IMG/VR virus record: IMGVR_UViG_3300044724_007653
Span: 1-53,743 of that record
Reading direction: 5' to 3' (one strand)
Length of the DNA: 53,743 nt
Source: a virus
Lineage: Duplodnaviria > Caudoviricetes
The notes below the pieces were generated by a model that did no database searches, was not told the origin of the DNA, and saw only the letters and a program-made list of their open reading frames with translations. Position 1 is the stretch's first letter; each line of letters starts with the position of its first letter. The position numbers and the translations under genes were made by a program. Positions 28,434-37,687 of this stretch are shown piece by piece.

Positions 28434-29861
28434 ATGGCTCAAGTAATTCAAATTAAGCGCAGTACAACTAGCGCTGCCCCGAGCAGTAGTCTAGCCGCAG
28501 GCGAACCCGCATACTCAAGTAATTCCGATAAGCTTTTTCTCGGACATCCTGATGGGACTACTGGTAACATCGTAATCGGTGGAAAGCTGTATGTCGATAT
28601 GCTCGATCATACTGCGGGTACTCTTACTGCAGACAGTGCTCTTGTCGTTGATTCAAGCAGCAAAATCGATGTATTGAATGTAGACAATATTACTCTTGAT
28701 GGTAATGCAATTACATCTACTGATACAAATGGAAATCTTACTCTTACTCCAAACGGTACGGGAGATCTTGTACTTGATGGTCTTAACTGGCCTCAAGCTG
28801 ATGGTACTGCAGGACAGTATCTAAAAACAGATGGCTCTGGACAGCTTTCTTGGGATACTGTAACTACTTCATTTACTATCTCAGACGGCACAAACTCAGA
28901 TACATTTAGTACGGGAGGCACTCTCAGCTTTACAGCGGGTACAGGAATCTCAATTACTGTAAGTGATGATGAAGTTACAATTGCTTCTTCTGATACTTCA
29001 ACTCCTGTAACTTTAAATGCTGCTGTAACAGATGTTCTGTCTCTTAGCGGACAAGAAATTTCAGCAGTAGATAATGGTTCTGATGCTCTTATCGGCTGGG
29101 ACGATTCAGCAGGTACTCTTACTTATTTGTCCGCTGCGGATGTTCGAACAGCAATCGGTGTAGATGCTTCAGGCACTGACAACTCTACAGATGTAACTCT
29201 TACTGGATCATATGACTATTTAACTATCAGTGGTCAAGCAATCACATTAGGTCAAATTGATCTTACTACTGATGTAACTGGTGCTCTGCCAAATGCAAAT
29301 CTTGCAAATTCTTCAGTAACTCTTGGCTCTACTTCAGTATCTCTTGGGGATACTGCAGCAAGTCTTGCAGGTCTTACAAATGTAACTGCTACAGGTACGA
29401 TTACTGGCGGTACAATTACTGATGGTACAGCTTCTCTTTCAAGCGGTTCGATAACGAGTGCTGTTAATGGCACATTCAGCGGTACTGTAACAGGCGGTAC
29501 AATTACTGATGGCACTGCATCCTTTACAAGCGGTGCTTTGACTGGCGCTACAACAGGTGCTTTCTCAAGTGATGTAACTATCGGCGGTAATCTAACGGTA
29601 AGTGGTACTACAACTACAATTAACTCAGAGACTCTCACTATTGATGACAATATTATTGTTCTTAATAATAATGTTACCGGTACTCCTACTGAAAACGCCG
29701 GTATTGAAGTTGAGAGGGGCACAGCTACAAATGTATACTTCCGTTGGAATGAGACTTCAGATAAGTGGCAGTTCAGCGATAGCTCTGGCTCTGCAGAAAA
29801 TGTTTTAAGTGCTACAAACTTTGAAACTGAGGTTCCAACTCTGGAAGGCGGCACTTTCTAA
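28434..29861 (+). CDS. tail fibre protein, Thr/Ser/Gly-rich
   Basis: N-terminal IQIKRS...AGEPAY, internal repeats (TGGTITDGTAS twice), GNLTVSGTTTTINS, AGIEVERG, C-terminal LEGGTF. Confidence 0.75.
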   Translation: MAQVIQIKRSTTSAAPSSSLAAGEPAYSSNSDKLFLGHPDGTTGNIVIGGKLYVDMLDHTAGTLTADSALVVDSSSKIDVLNVDNITLDGNAITSTDTNGNLTLTPNGTGDLVLDGLNWPQADGTAGQYLKTDGSGQLSWDTVTTSFTISDGTNSDTFSTGGTLSFTAGTGISITVSDDEVTIASSDTSTPVTLNAAVTDVLSLSGQEISAVDNGSDALIGWDDSAGTLTYLSAADVRTAIGVDASGTDNSTDVTLTGSYDYLTISGQAITLGQIDLTTDVTGALPNANLANSSVTLGSTSVSLGDTAASLAGLTNVTATGTITGGTITDGTASLSSGSITSAVNGTFSGTVTGGTITDGTASFTSGALTGATTGAFSSDVTIGGNLTVSGTTTTINSETLTIDDNIIVLNNNVTGTPTENAGIEVERGTATNVYFRWNETSDKWQFSDSSGSAENVLSATNFETEVPTLEGGTF

Positions 29862-29909
29862 TTAAATAAAAAACCCTCGCGTATATACGCAATTTAAAGA
29901 GGAAGCCAT

Positions 29910-30383
29910 ATGGCACAAACGATCAAATTAAAGCGCTCGGCTACGTCGGGCGCTGCTCCCAGCACATCTGATTTAGCACTTGGCGAAGTTGCAATCAATA
30001 CTTATGATGGTAAAATGTACATCAAAAAAAGTGTTGGTGGTACAGAAAGCATAGTAGAAATTGGTGCTGGACTTACTGTCGGGGATCCTACAAAACTAGA
30101 TACAATTACTGCTGTAAATGGGCAAGCAGCTTATTCTATGACTGTAAATAGCTCTTCCTATACTCCCACGCATATAAATGCTATGATTGTTTCTCTTAAT
30201 GGCGTAACGCAAGAACCTGGAAACTCTTTTACAATATCAGGATCTACAATTACATTCAGTCCTGCCTTAGCAACCGGCGATGTAATAGATTATATTGTTG
30301 ATATGGGAAGAACAGTAAATATTGCATCAGCAGGATATGCGACAGTAGATGATGCGACAGCTTTAGCAATCGCTTTAGGATAA
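29910..30383 (+). CDS. fibre adaptor protein
   Basis: N-terminal IKLKRS...GEVAINTYDGKMY, VSLNGVTQEP...TITF domain, C-terminal ALAIALG. Confidence 0.65.
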   Translation: MAQTIKLKRSATSGAAPSTSDLALGEVAINTYDGKMYIKKSVGGTESIVEIGAGLTVGDPTKLDTITAVNGQAAYSMTVNSSSYTPTHINAMIVSLNGVTQEPGNSFTISGSTITFSPALATGDVIDYIVDMGRTVNIASAGYATVDDATALAIALG

Positions 30384-30387
30384 TATT

Positions 30388-30723
30388 ATGGCAAATACTT
30401 TTAAAAATGCTTTTTCAGCAGATGTAAGTAACAGTTCTTATGCTGATGTCTATACAGTGCCTTCTTCAACTACGACTGTAATACTAGGATTGAATATATG
30501 CAATAAAACAGCAAATGCTGTAACGGTAAAAGTTCAACTTCAAGACACATCAGCATCTTCTGCAACTTTTCAAATTATGGAAGATGTTTCTATACCTGCA
30601 AATACTTCTCTTGAAGTCATGACAGGACAAAAATATATATTAGAGGCAACTGACGTCTTAAGAGTACAAGCAGGTACTGCATCTGCTATAGATGTTACTC
30701 TTGGTGTGATGGAGATAACATAA
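30388..30723 (+). CDS. small beta-sandwich virion protein (MANTFKN family)
   Basis: YTVPSSTT.VI.GL.ICN...IPANTSL...K.ILE..D.L pattern. Confidence 0.6.
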   Translation: MANTFKNAFSADVSNSSYADVYTVPSSTTTVILGLNICNKTANAVTVKVQLQDTSASSATFQIMEDVSIPANTSLEVMTGQKYILEATDVLRVQAGTASAIDVTLGVMEIT

Positions 30724-33152
30724 TGCCTTCTTTTATTGGAATACAGCCTGCAAGTATAAAACTTTATGCTACAATAGATGATTTACCTTTAAGTGGTATT
30801 CCAGAAGGGACACAAGCTCTTGTTGATTCTACAAATAAACTTTATATTTTTACCGACGCTGGATGGTATAATATTGCATTAATTAATCAGACTCCTTCGA
30901 TAAGTGGAGTTGAGTCCTCTTATACACTTGAAAGTGGCGCGAATACAACTGTAACTATTACTGCTACTGATCCTGAAGGGTTCCCCCTCACTTATAGTAT
31001 TGCATCTGATACTTCGGGAAGTATTGCTACAGTTACTCAGGGTACCGGAGCAAATAGTAATGTTTTTACTATTGCAGCGTCAACTAGCAGTGCAGGAGCA
31101 TTTACTTTAACGTTTAGAGCAAGTGATGGAACAAATGTTGCAAGCGCAGCCAGCACCTTTACACTCTCACTTATTATTACAAATAGTCAATATACTTCGA
31201 CATTGCTTACATCAGTAGGTCCAAATGGGGGCGACAATACCACGTTTACAGATAGTTCATCAAATAATGTAACTATAACGAGCAGTAGCTCTTACTACGT
31301 AACTCAAACAACACATAGTCCATTTAGATCCGGCGGGTATTCTACCTTTTTTGATGGTACGTCAGATTATTTGGAAGCAACAGATGCGAGCTCTTTAAAT
31401 CTAGGCTCGGGTGAATTCACTCTAGAAACTTGGTTCCGAACAGACTCTACCTCAAATACTATGCGTATTTTTAATTTAGTAAATGGTTTTACTGAAAAAT
31501 TGCAACTTTATTATTATTATTCTTATGGAAGTATAGTACTTAGAGTAGGTAGCAGCACTAAAACAGGCACGACAGGAAGTGGGGATAATTATAATGTTAT
31601 AGCATGGGAAGCTTGGAATCATATTGCACTATCAAGAGATTCTTCGAATATTTTGCGCCTATTTATTAATGGTAACGTAGTGTACTCGGCGACTGATACT
31701 ACTGATATTGATAATGAAAAAATATGGATAGGTAGACCATATAGTACAGGTAGCTATCTAGATGGACAGCTTAGAGATGTGCGTTTAGTTATTGGTTCAG
31801 CAGTATATACATCTAACTTTACTCCCCCCACAGAACCTTTGACAGCAATTAGTGGTACTGAGCTATTAACTTGTCATGCCAATCGTATTTATGATGGTTC
31901 CTCAAATAATCACAGTATTGTTAATTATGGTGTTGCTACGCTAGCCAATCATAGCCCCTATAAATATGACGTATATAATTCTAGTACTCACGGAGGGTCT
32001 ATTTATTTTGATACAGGGGCGGCTACTGCTTATTTAAATTTTGATGATCCGGGTTTTTATGGGACTACAGGGGATTTTACAATTGAAGCTTGGGTCATGC
32101 CCGTAAGTTTTACGAGCAGACATGGGTCAATATATTCACATGGTAATGCTAGCTCATACGGTTCAGATTATTTTGATATTCGTCTAAATACCTCGGGACA
32201 GCCTGAATTTTATTGGGGCTCTAGTACTGCATCTATTAGCGGTAGTGCGAGTGCAAAGTTAATACAGTGGAATCATATCGCAGCAGTTAGATCAGGCTCA
32301 ACAGTAACACTATATCTAAATGGAGAATCAGTTGGTTCAGCGACTATTTCCGGAGCAGTGCCAACAGCAGGCTCTAATAGATCTTATATTGGTTGCCGAT
32401 CTGTAACTCAAACTAGCAATACTCTCTGCTTTTACGGCCATATTTCCAATTTTAGATTAGTAGTGGGAACGGCTGTTTATACATCGGCATTTACGCTTCC
32501 AACTGCGCAATTATCTAATATCACCAACACGGAGCTACTTCTTTTAAACGCAGATATAGACATCATTGATAAATCTCAATCAGTAACTAGAATGCCGATG
32601 AATGGGGTTGCTTCTTCTACAACACAAACTAAATATCTATCATCTTCTATTGGATTTAATGGTACAAGCAGTTATATACATCTTCAGGGAAACGGTAACG
32701 TATTTAATTTTGATAATAGGGATTGGACAATTGAAGGATGGGTATATATGACCGATATTTCCACCACTAATTATATTTTAGACGGAAGAACGTCGGCTAC
32801 CTCAGGCATCACCCTTCTATATGTAAACAGTTCTGGAGTATTTAATGCATATAATGGGCAAACGCTTAGCAGTGCAGCTGTAAGCAATCTTGAAAATAAT
32901 TGGGTTCATTTTGCACTTTGTCGTAATGACGAGTCATTACAGTGGTATATTAATGGTACGGCTTCCGGTAGCGCACATTCAATAAATCTAAATAGTAAGT
33001 GGGATGTTGCGGATAATAGATTTATAGTTGGTAAGGCTGGCTATTCATCTGCTGCATACTTTAAAGGATACATGTCAGACCTTAGAATTACTAAAGGCTT
33101 AGCTAGATATACATCTAATTTTACGCCCCCTGCCACAGCACTACAGGGATAA
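30723..33152 (+). CDS. LamG/concanavalin A-like receptor-binding or adhesin protein
   Basis: Cadherin-like ATDPEG domain, then three LamG-like domains (FT.E.W...W.H.A..R.....L..NG...G.....R). Confidence 0.8.
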   Translation: MPSFIGIQPASIKLYATIDDLPLSGIPEGTQALVDSTNKLYIFTDAGWYNIALINQTPSISGVESSYTLESGANTTVTITATDPEGFPLTYSIASDTSGSIATVTQGTGANSNVFTIAASTSSAGAFTLTFRASDGTNVASAASTFTLSLIITNSQYTSTLLTSVGPNGGDNTTFTDSSSNNVTITSSSSYYVTQTTHSPFRSGGYSTFFDGTSDYLEATDASSLNLGSGEFTLETWFRTDSTSNTMRIFNLVNGFTEKLQLYYYYSYGSIVLRVGSSTKTGTTGSGDNYNVIAWEAWNHIALSRDSSNILRLFINGNVVYSATDTTDIDNEKIWIGRPYSTGSYLDGQLRDVRLVIGSAVYTSNFTPPTEPLTAISGTELLTCHANRIYDGSSNNHSIVNYGVATLANHSPYKYDVYNSSTHGGSIYFDTGAATAYLNFDDPGFYGTTGDFTIEAWVMPVSFTSRHGSIYSHGNASSYGSDYFDIRLNTSGQPEFYWGSSTASISGSASAKLIQWNHIAAVRSGSTVTLYLNGESVGSATISGAVPTAGSNRSYIGCRSVTQTSNTLCFYGHISNFRLVVGTAVYTSAFTLPTAQLSNITNTELLLLNADIDIIDKSQSVTRMPMNGVASSTTQTKYLSSSIGFNGTSSYIHLQGNGNVFNFDNRDWTIEGWVYMTDISTTNYILDGRTSATSGITLLYVNSSGVFNAYNGQTLSSAAVSNLENNWVHFALCRNDESLQWYINGTASGSAHSINLNSKWDVADNRFIVGKAGYSSAAYFKGYMSDLRITKGLARYTSNFTPPATALQG

Positions 33153-33175
33153 AAAAGGGGCTATTCAGCCCCTTC
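33151..33175. terminator. terminator at the junction of the convergent late and early blocks
   Basis: AAAAAAGGGGCT-attc-AGCCCCTT. Clear U-tract on the - strand, weaker pyrimidine run on the + strand. Confidence 0.8.
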
Positions 33176-33331
33176 CTCTTTAACTGGTTCTGGCGTAACT
33201 TGTGGTTGCGCCTGCTGTTGAATTTTATTTATCACTGCAATACTTGTTTTAGCGGGTAGCTCTCCCAGAGCCGCTAATACAACATTTATTTCTTGCAATG
33301 ATAGATCCAACTTAATACTTTCATTTGCCAT
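33161..33331 (-). CDS. hypothetical protein, 56 aa
   Basis: MANESIKLDLSLQEINVVLAALGELPAKTSIAVINKIQQQAQPQ...; fills the gap after nrdB. Not in the ORF track. Confidence 0.7.
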   Translation of the reverse strand: MANESIKLDLSLQEINVVLAALGELPAKTSIAVINKIQQQAQPQVTPEPVKEEGAE

Positions 33332-33342
33332 AATAGAAATTC

Positions 33343-34302
33343 CTATTTAAATATATCTTGCCAGTTTCCGGTAGTGCTCGCGCGTGCATACTCGGTGGCT
33401 CTGTTTTCAAAAAAGTTAGTGTGCTCTACACCGTTTAACATATAGTCAAGCCAAGGTAGAGGATTTTTATCACTACTAAAGATTTTTTTCATTCCCAGAC
33501 CAAGAAGTCGACGATCTGCAATATATCGAATATACTCTTTTACTTCTTCCGCAGTTAAATCAGGTACTTCCGCACCTTCAAAACAGAGATCAATAAAAGC
33601 ATCTTCAAGTTCTACTGTTCGCTCTGCGGCACAGTAAATCTCATATTTTAGATCATCATTCCACAACTCTGGATTCTCCTTAATAAAAGTTCGGAACAAC
33701 TGGCTCATACCTTCGACATGAAGAGTTTCATCACGAATACTCCATGTTACAATTTGTCCCATACCTTTCATCAAGTTATGTCGAGGAAAGTTTAGTAGAA
33801 TCGCAAAACTACTGAACAATTGTACTCCTTCTGTAAATCCAGAGTAAATCGCCATAGTTTTTGCGATATTCATTGGAGTATCCATACCAAAATTGGATAA
33901 ATGCTCATGCTTATCCATCATTGCTTTGTGCTCAAAAAACTTTTGGTACTCATCGTCACCAAAACCAAGAGTTTCTAGCAAGAGTGAGTAAGCTTCTTGA
34001 TGCACTGCTTCCATTGCTGCAAAAGCAGACAGCATCATTCTTACTTCAGGCTGCTTAAATGTTGGTAGATAATGCTTCGCATACCCACAGCAAACATCTA
34101 CATCAGCCTGTGTAAAAAACCTAAAAATCTGATTAATAAGTCGACGATTCTCAGGTGTTAACTTATCACGATAGTCTCGTAAATCATCAGCAAGATTTAC
34201 TTCATCAGGAAGCCAATGCATATGCTGTTGAGTTTTATAGTGTTTAAAAGCCCAAGGATAATTAAAAGGCTTATAATATTCTCTTTCTGTTAATAAATTC
34301 AT
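33343..34302 (-). CDS. nrdB: ribonucleotide reductase class Ia beta subunit
   Basis: FFTQAD, EAVHQEAY (radical Tyr), EG..LF, RDETLH, NFFE....Y motifs. Confidence 0.95.
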   Translation of the reverse strand: MNLLTEREYYKPFNYPWAFKHYKTQQHMHWLPDEVNLADDLRDYRDKLTPENRRLINQIFRFFTQADVDVCCGYAKHYLPTFKQPEVRMMLSAFAAMEAVHQEAYSLLLETLGFGDDEYQKFFEHKAMMDKHEHLSNFGMDTPMNIAKTMAIYSGFTEGVQLFSSFAILLNFPRHNLMKGMGQIVTWSIRDETLHVEGMSQLFRTFIKENPELWNDDLKYEIYCAAERTVELEDAFIDLCFEGAEVPDLTAEEVKEYIRYIADRRLLGLGMKKIFSSDKNPLPWLDYMLNGVEHTNFFENRATEYARASTTGNWQDIFK

Positions 34303-34529
34303 TCAACGCTCTCTAAGACTTCTTTTAAGTCGCTATATCCCCCAATCCAAGTATCCCCAATAAGTATCTGGGGTACTGTTTTTACATTAGGAAATAATTT
34401 ACTAAATTTTAACATATCATGGCTTACTTCGATACTCTCTACTTCATATCCTTTTTCTTTTGCTAATTTTTCTGCTAAATTGCAAAAGCGGCAATCTTCT
34501 GTGCCCCAAATTTCTATTTTATCCTTCAC
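34299..34529 (-). CDS. glutaredoxin
   Basis: CRFC, TVPQI, IGGY motifs. Probable GTG start at 34529 overlapping the nrdA end. Confidence 0.88.
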   Translation of the reverse strand: MKDKIEIWGTEDCRFCNLAEKLAKEKGYEVESIEVSHDMLKFSKLFPNVKTVPQILIGDTWIGGYSDLKEVLESVE

Positions 34530-36300
34530 AAGCAAGGCACCCCTCTTCATCCATGCTTTCGAATATATACTGTCGAAGAGCTTCGTCAGATACATTTTCA
34601 GCACGTTTATACGCTTCGCTACGTAAATAGTATAGAGTTTTTACTTTCTTTTTCCATGCCATCATATGTACTGCATGAAGTTCTTGCTTTGACACATTGG
34701 CAGGAAAAAATACATTTAGAGACTGACTTTGACAGATATATTGCTGTCGATCGGCTGCAAAATCAATAATCCATCTTTGGTCAATTTCAACTGCGGTTTT
34801 AAATACGTCTTTTGTAACTTCGTCCAGAAAGTCAAGATGCTGAACTGAGCCACCGTTTGTAACAATACTTTTCCATACTTCATCCGTATCTTCTCCTATT
34901 TCTTGTAAAATGTGTTCAAGATATTCATTTTTTTGAAGACTTGAGCCTGACTTAGTTTTTTGAGTAAATGCATTAGCCCTGTAAGGCTCAATACTAGGAC
35001 TAGTATTGCCACAAATAATACTACTGCTAGCATTAGGAGCAACAGCGAGAAGGTGAACATTACGAACTCCATAACCCAATGCATCAGGAGCTTCACCCCT
35101 TTCTTCAGCCAGTTTACGAGTTGCATTTAGTGCCTCCGTTTTTATATGGCGAAACATTCTCATGTTTGCGCTCTTTGCCATTACGCCTTCGAATGGCAGA
35201 TGGTGTCGCTGCAAATAAGCATGAAAGCCCATTGCTCCGAGACCTATACTTCTTTCCTGCATTGCACTATACGCTGCTCTCCATAGCTCGCGAGGCGCAT
35301 TGTCAATAAAATGTGTAAGTACATTGTCAAGCATTGCTATTAGGTCTGGAATAAAATGAGGGTCATGCTGCCATTCGTCAAATTCTTCCAGATTTACACT
35401 TGATAGACAGCATACTGCTGTACGCTCTTCATCTGTAGCAAGAGTAATCTCACTACAGAGATTTGAGTGATGTACTGTTAATCCTTTGTCTTTTTGACAC
35501 TGAGGCAATGCGGCTTGCACAGTATCTTTAAACATAATATAAGGTTCACCAGTTTCTACACGATTCTGAATAAGTTTTACCCAAAGTGTTTTTGCGGATA
35601 CAGTTTTTATAACTCTACCAGAATGAGGGTCAATCAAGTCCCAGGAGTCATCGAACCCTTCTTCTCTTGTAGCACCTTCGATAAGCTCCATAAACTCATC
35701 TGGAATAATTACTCCATGATGTAGGTTTACAGACTTACGATTTACATCGCCACCTGTGGGCTTACGAACATCTAAAAACTCTTCTACTTCGGGGTGGGAA
35801 ATATCAAGATAAGCAGCGTAGCTTCCTCGACGAGTAACACCCTGGCTGAAAGCCAACATTTCTGCATCAACTACTTTTAAGAAGGGTATGACACCTGTAC
35901 TTTCTGATCCGTTACTTGTTCTTGATCCGACGCTTCGAACACCGTTCCAGCAACCACCAATGCCGCCACCGACGCTACTGAGAAAAGCATTCTCCGTGTA
36001 GTGATTTGTGAGCCCTTCACGGCTGTCGTCCACGAAATTAAGAAAGCAGCTAATAGGCAAGCCCCGGGTAGTTCCCCCATTAGAAAGCACAGGAGTACTA
36101 AACATAAACCAAAGTTTACTAGCATAATCATATAACCTTTGTGCATGTTCTTCATCATTCGCAAAAGCTTTTGCTGCTCGTGCGAAAGCATCTTGAGGAG
36201 ATATTTCTCCATCAATTAAATATCTGTCTTGCAGAGTTTTCTTACTAAACTCTGATAGATACCGATCTCGTCGATAATCTACTGTTACATTAAACGACAC
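34519..36300 (-). CDS. nrdA: ribonucleotide reductase class Ia alpha subunit (no ATP cone)
   Basis: STPVL.N, ISCF, SNLCSEI, VCCLSS, APNASSS, KTLYY and C-terminal CLAC. Confidence 0.95.
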   Translation of the reverse strand: MSFNVTVDYRRDRYLSEFSKKTLQDRYLIDGEISPQDAFARAAKAFANDEEHAQRLYDYASKLWFMFSTPVLSNGGTTRGLPISCFLNFVDDSREGLTNHYTENAFLSSVGGGIGGCWNGVRSVGSRTSNGSESTGVIPFLKVVDAEMLAFSQGVTRRGSYAAYLDISHPEVEEFLDVRKPTGGDVNRKSVNLHHGVIIPDEFMELIEGATREEGFDDSWDLIDPHSGRVIKTVSAKTLWVKLIQNRVETGEPYIMFKDTVQAALPQCQKDKGLTVHHSNLCSEITLATDEERTAVCCLSSVNLEEFDEWQHDPHFIPDLIAMLDNVLTHFIDNAPRELWRAAYSAMQERSIGLGAMGFHAYLQRHHLPFEGVMAKSANMRMFRHIKTEALNATRKLAEERGEAPDALGYGVRNVHLLAVAPNASSSIICGNTSPSIEPYRANAFTQKTKSGSSLQKNEYLEHILQEIGEDTDEVWKSIVTNGGSVQHLDFLDEVTKDVFKTAVEIDQRWIIDFAADRQQYICQSQSLNVFFPANVSKQELHAVHMMAWKKKVKTLYYLRSEAYKRAENVSDEALRQYIFESMDEEGCLACEG

Positions 36301-37135
36301 CTAACATTCTCCCTTGTATATCTGATATGTTATCAGACCCAATCGCATCATCGCAATAAGTCATTAAATCCATAAGTTCATAGTTTTCTAAAATTTGTTC
36401 TGCATTTTCGTTTAATGCTTGAATAAACTTATATCGACTATCAATCGGAGTTGCATCATAAATACTCATTGCATCTCCGTATTCTTGAATCAACTGTACA
36501 GCTCTCTTTGGGCCTATTCCAGGTATGCCTGGGACATTATCACCCTTGTCTCCTGTTAGACATTTAAGAGAAATATACTCTTCGGGAGAACATTCATAGT
36601 GCTCAGACCATGTATCAAGCGTGACTTCCTTCCTCGTCACATATGAGAATCGTCCGACGTTTTCTTGAATAAGTAAATCCCAGTCTCTATCACTCGAAAT
36701 AAGCCAAATATATTCTAAACCATACTTATTTCTTTCTTTTACCAAATGAGCAGCAATATCATCTGCCTCTACACCTTTGTATCGAAGTACAGTATATCCT
36801 GCTTCTTCGAGTACTTCTAGGGATGCTTCAAACTCTTCAAAGAACTCTTCAAATGCGATTCGTTCTTCTTCTGTTTGCTCTGCAAACTTTTCTTTTCGAT
36901 TTTGCTTGTACTCAGGGTTTATACCTTTTCTATAGCTAGAAGAACCCCAGTCTGCTGCAATAATTAAATTTTTACAGTCATAAGATTTTGCAAGAGACTC
37001 TACAGTACGTTGATAATCATATCGAAAGTCTGTACGCCCTTGATGCTTCCATCGAAATGCTAAGTTTAGCGCGTCTACTATAAGTGTGGTTTTATCACTT
37101 GGATTTACAATTTTTTCACTAAAACTGAATGCCAT
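36290..37135 (-). CDS. 5'-3' exonuclease / flap endonuclease (T5 D15-like)
   Basis: YK.NR, GVEADD, SSDRD, GDKGDNVPGIPGIGPKRA motifs. Confidence 0.95.
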   Translation of the reverse strand: MAFSFSEKIVNPSDKTTLIVDALNLAFRWKHQGRTDFRYDYQRTVESLAKSYDCKNLIIAADWGSSSYRKGINPEYKQNRKEKFAEQTEEERIAFEEFFEEFEASLEVLEEAGYTVLRYKGVEADDIAAHLVKERNKYGLEYIWLISSDRDWDLLIQENVGRFSYVTRKEVTLDTWSEHYECSPEEYISLKCLTGDKGDNVPGIPGIGPKRAVQLIQEYGDAMSIYDATPIDSRYKFIQALNENAEQILENYELMDLMTYCDDAIGSDNISDIQGRMLGVV

Positions 37136-37574
37136 TTTTTAAAAACTCCACTGTTTCGTTTTCTAACCAATCTTCCGCGAGAAGAATGAAACAGTTAAGA
37201 AACTGTATAAACATCCATTCTTCAGTTTGTTTCGGCTGTAAATTTGTTACAACAAACACAGGAGAACGATTATATTTAAAGAAAAGAAGAGGCTCTTGGT
37301 CTCCTCCTTTCGCTTGTACTTGTACTTTTTTCCACCAGCGAATAAGATTATTTGTCTTTTTCGCAGTAAATATTTTATCTGAAAGAGGGGATTCAGAGTA
37401 GTTTTTTACTTCAATACAAAATCTATTTTTTTCATTCGGAACATAGAGATCGCCTTTCAAATACTCAAGAGCCCCTGAATTAGGGACTCTTTCAAACTGC
37501 AACCCCGTTGCGACCCGTAACATATCTCGTACTAAGTATTCTCCTCTTGCTCCTTTCGCTCTGCTATCAACCAT
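37119..37574 (-). CDS. PD-(D/E)xK endonuclease / Holliday junction resolvase-like (T5 D14-like)
   Basis: SRAKGARGE, RVP.SGA, KGDL, IEVKN motifs; T5 synteny. Confidence 0.85.
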   Translation of the reverse strand: MVDSRAKGARGEYLVRDMLRVATGLQFERVPNSGALEYLKGDLYVPNEKNRFCIEVKNYSESPLSDKIFTAKKTNNLIRWWKKVQVQAKGGDQEPLLFFKYNRSPVFVVTNLQPKQTEEWMFIQFLNCFILLAEDWLENETVEFLKNGIQF

Positions 37575-37687
37575 ATTAACTTCTTCTTTTTATCTACTTT
37601 AGAAAGTTCTTCGAGCTCTTGTTGTAGCTCTTGTTCTTTTGCTTTCTTTAACAACCACATTCTACGCTGTGCTGCTAGTCGATTCAT
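37532..37687 (-). CDS. possible small coiled-coil protein, 51 aa
   Basis: ATGA overlap with the D13 stop; MNRLAAQRRMWLLKKAKEQELQQELEELSK...; overlaps the D14 start. Confidence 0.4.
   Translation of the reverse strand: MNRLAAQRRMWLLKKAKEQELQQELEELSKVDKKKKLIWLIAERKEQEENT

Noticed and set aside
29252-29854. 200-aa antisense ORF in the fibre gene
   Set aside because: Shadow of a Thr/Gly/Ser-rich repetitive sense frame; no independent coding evidence.
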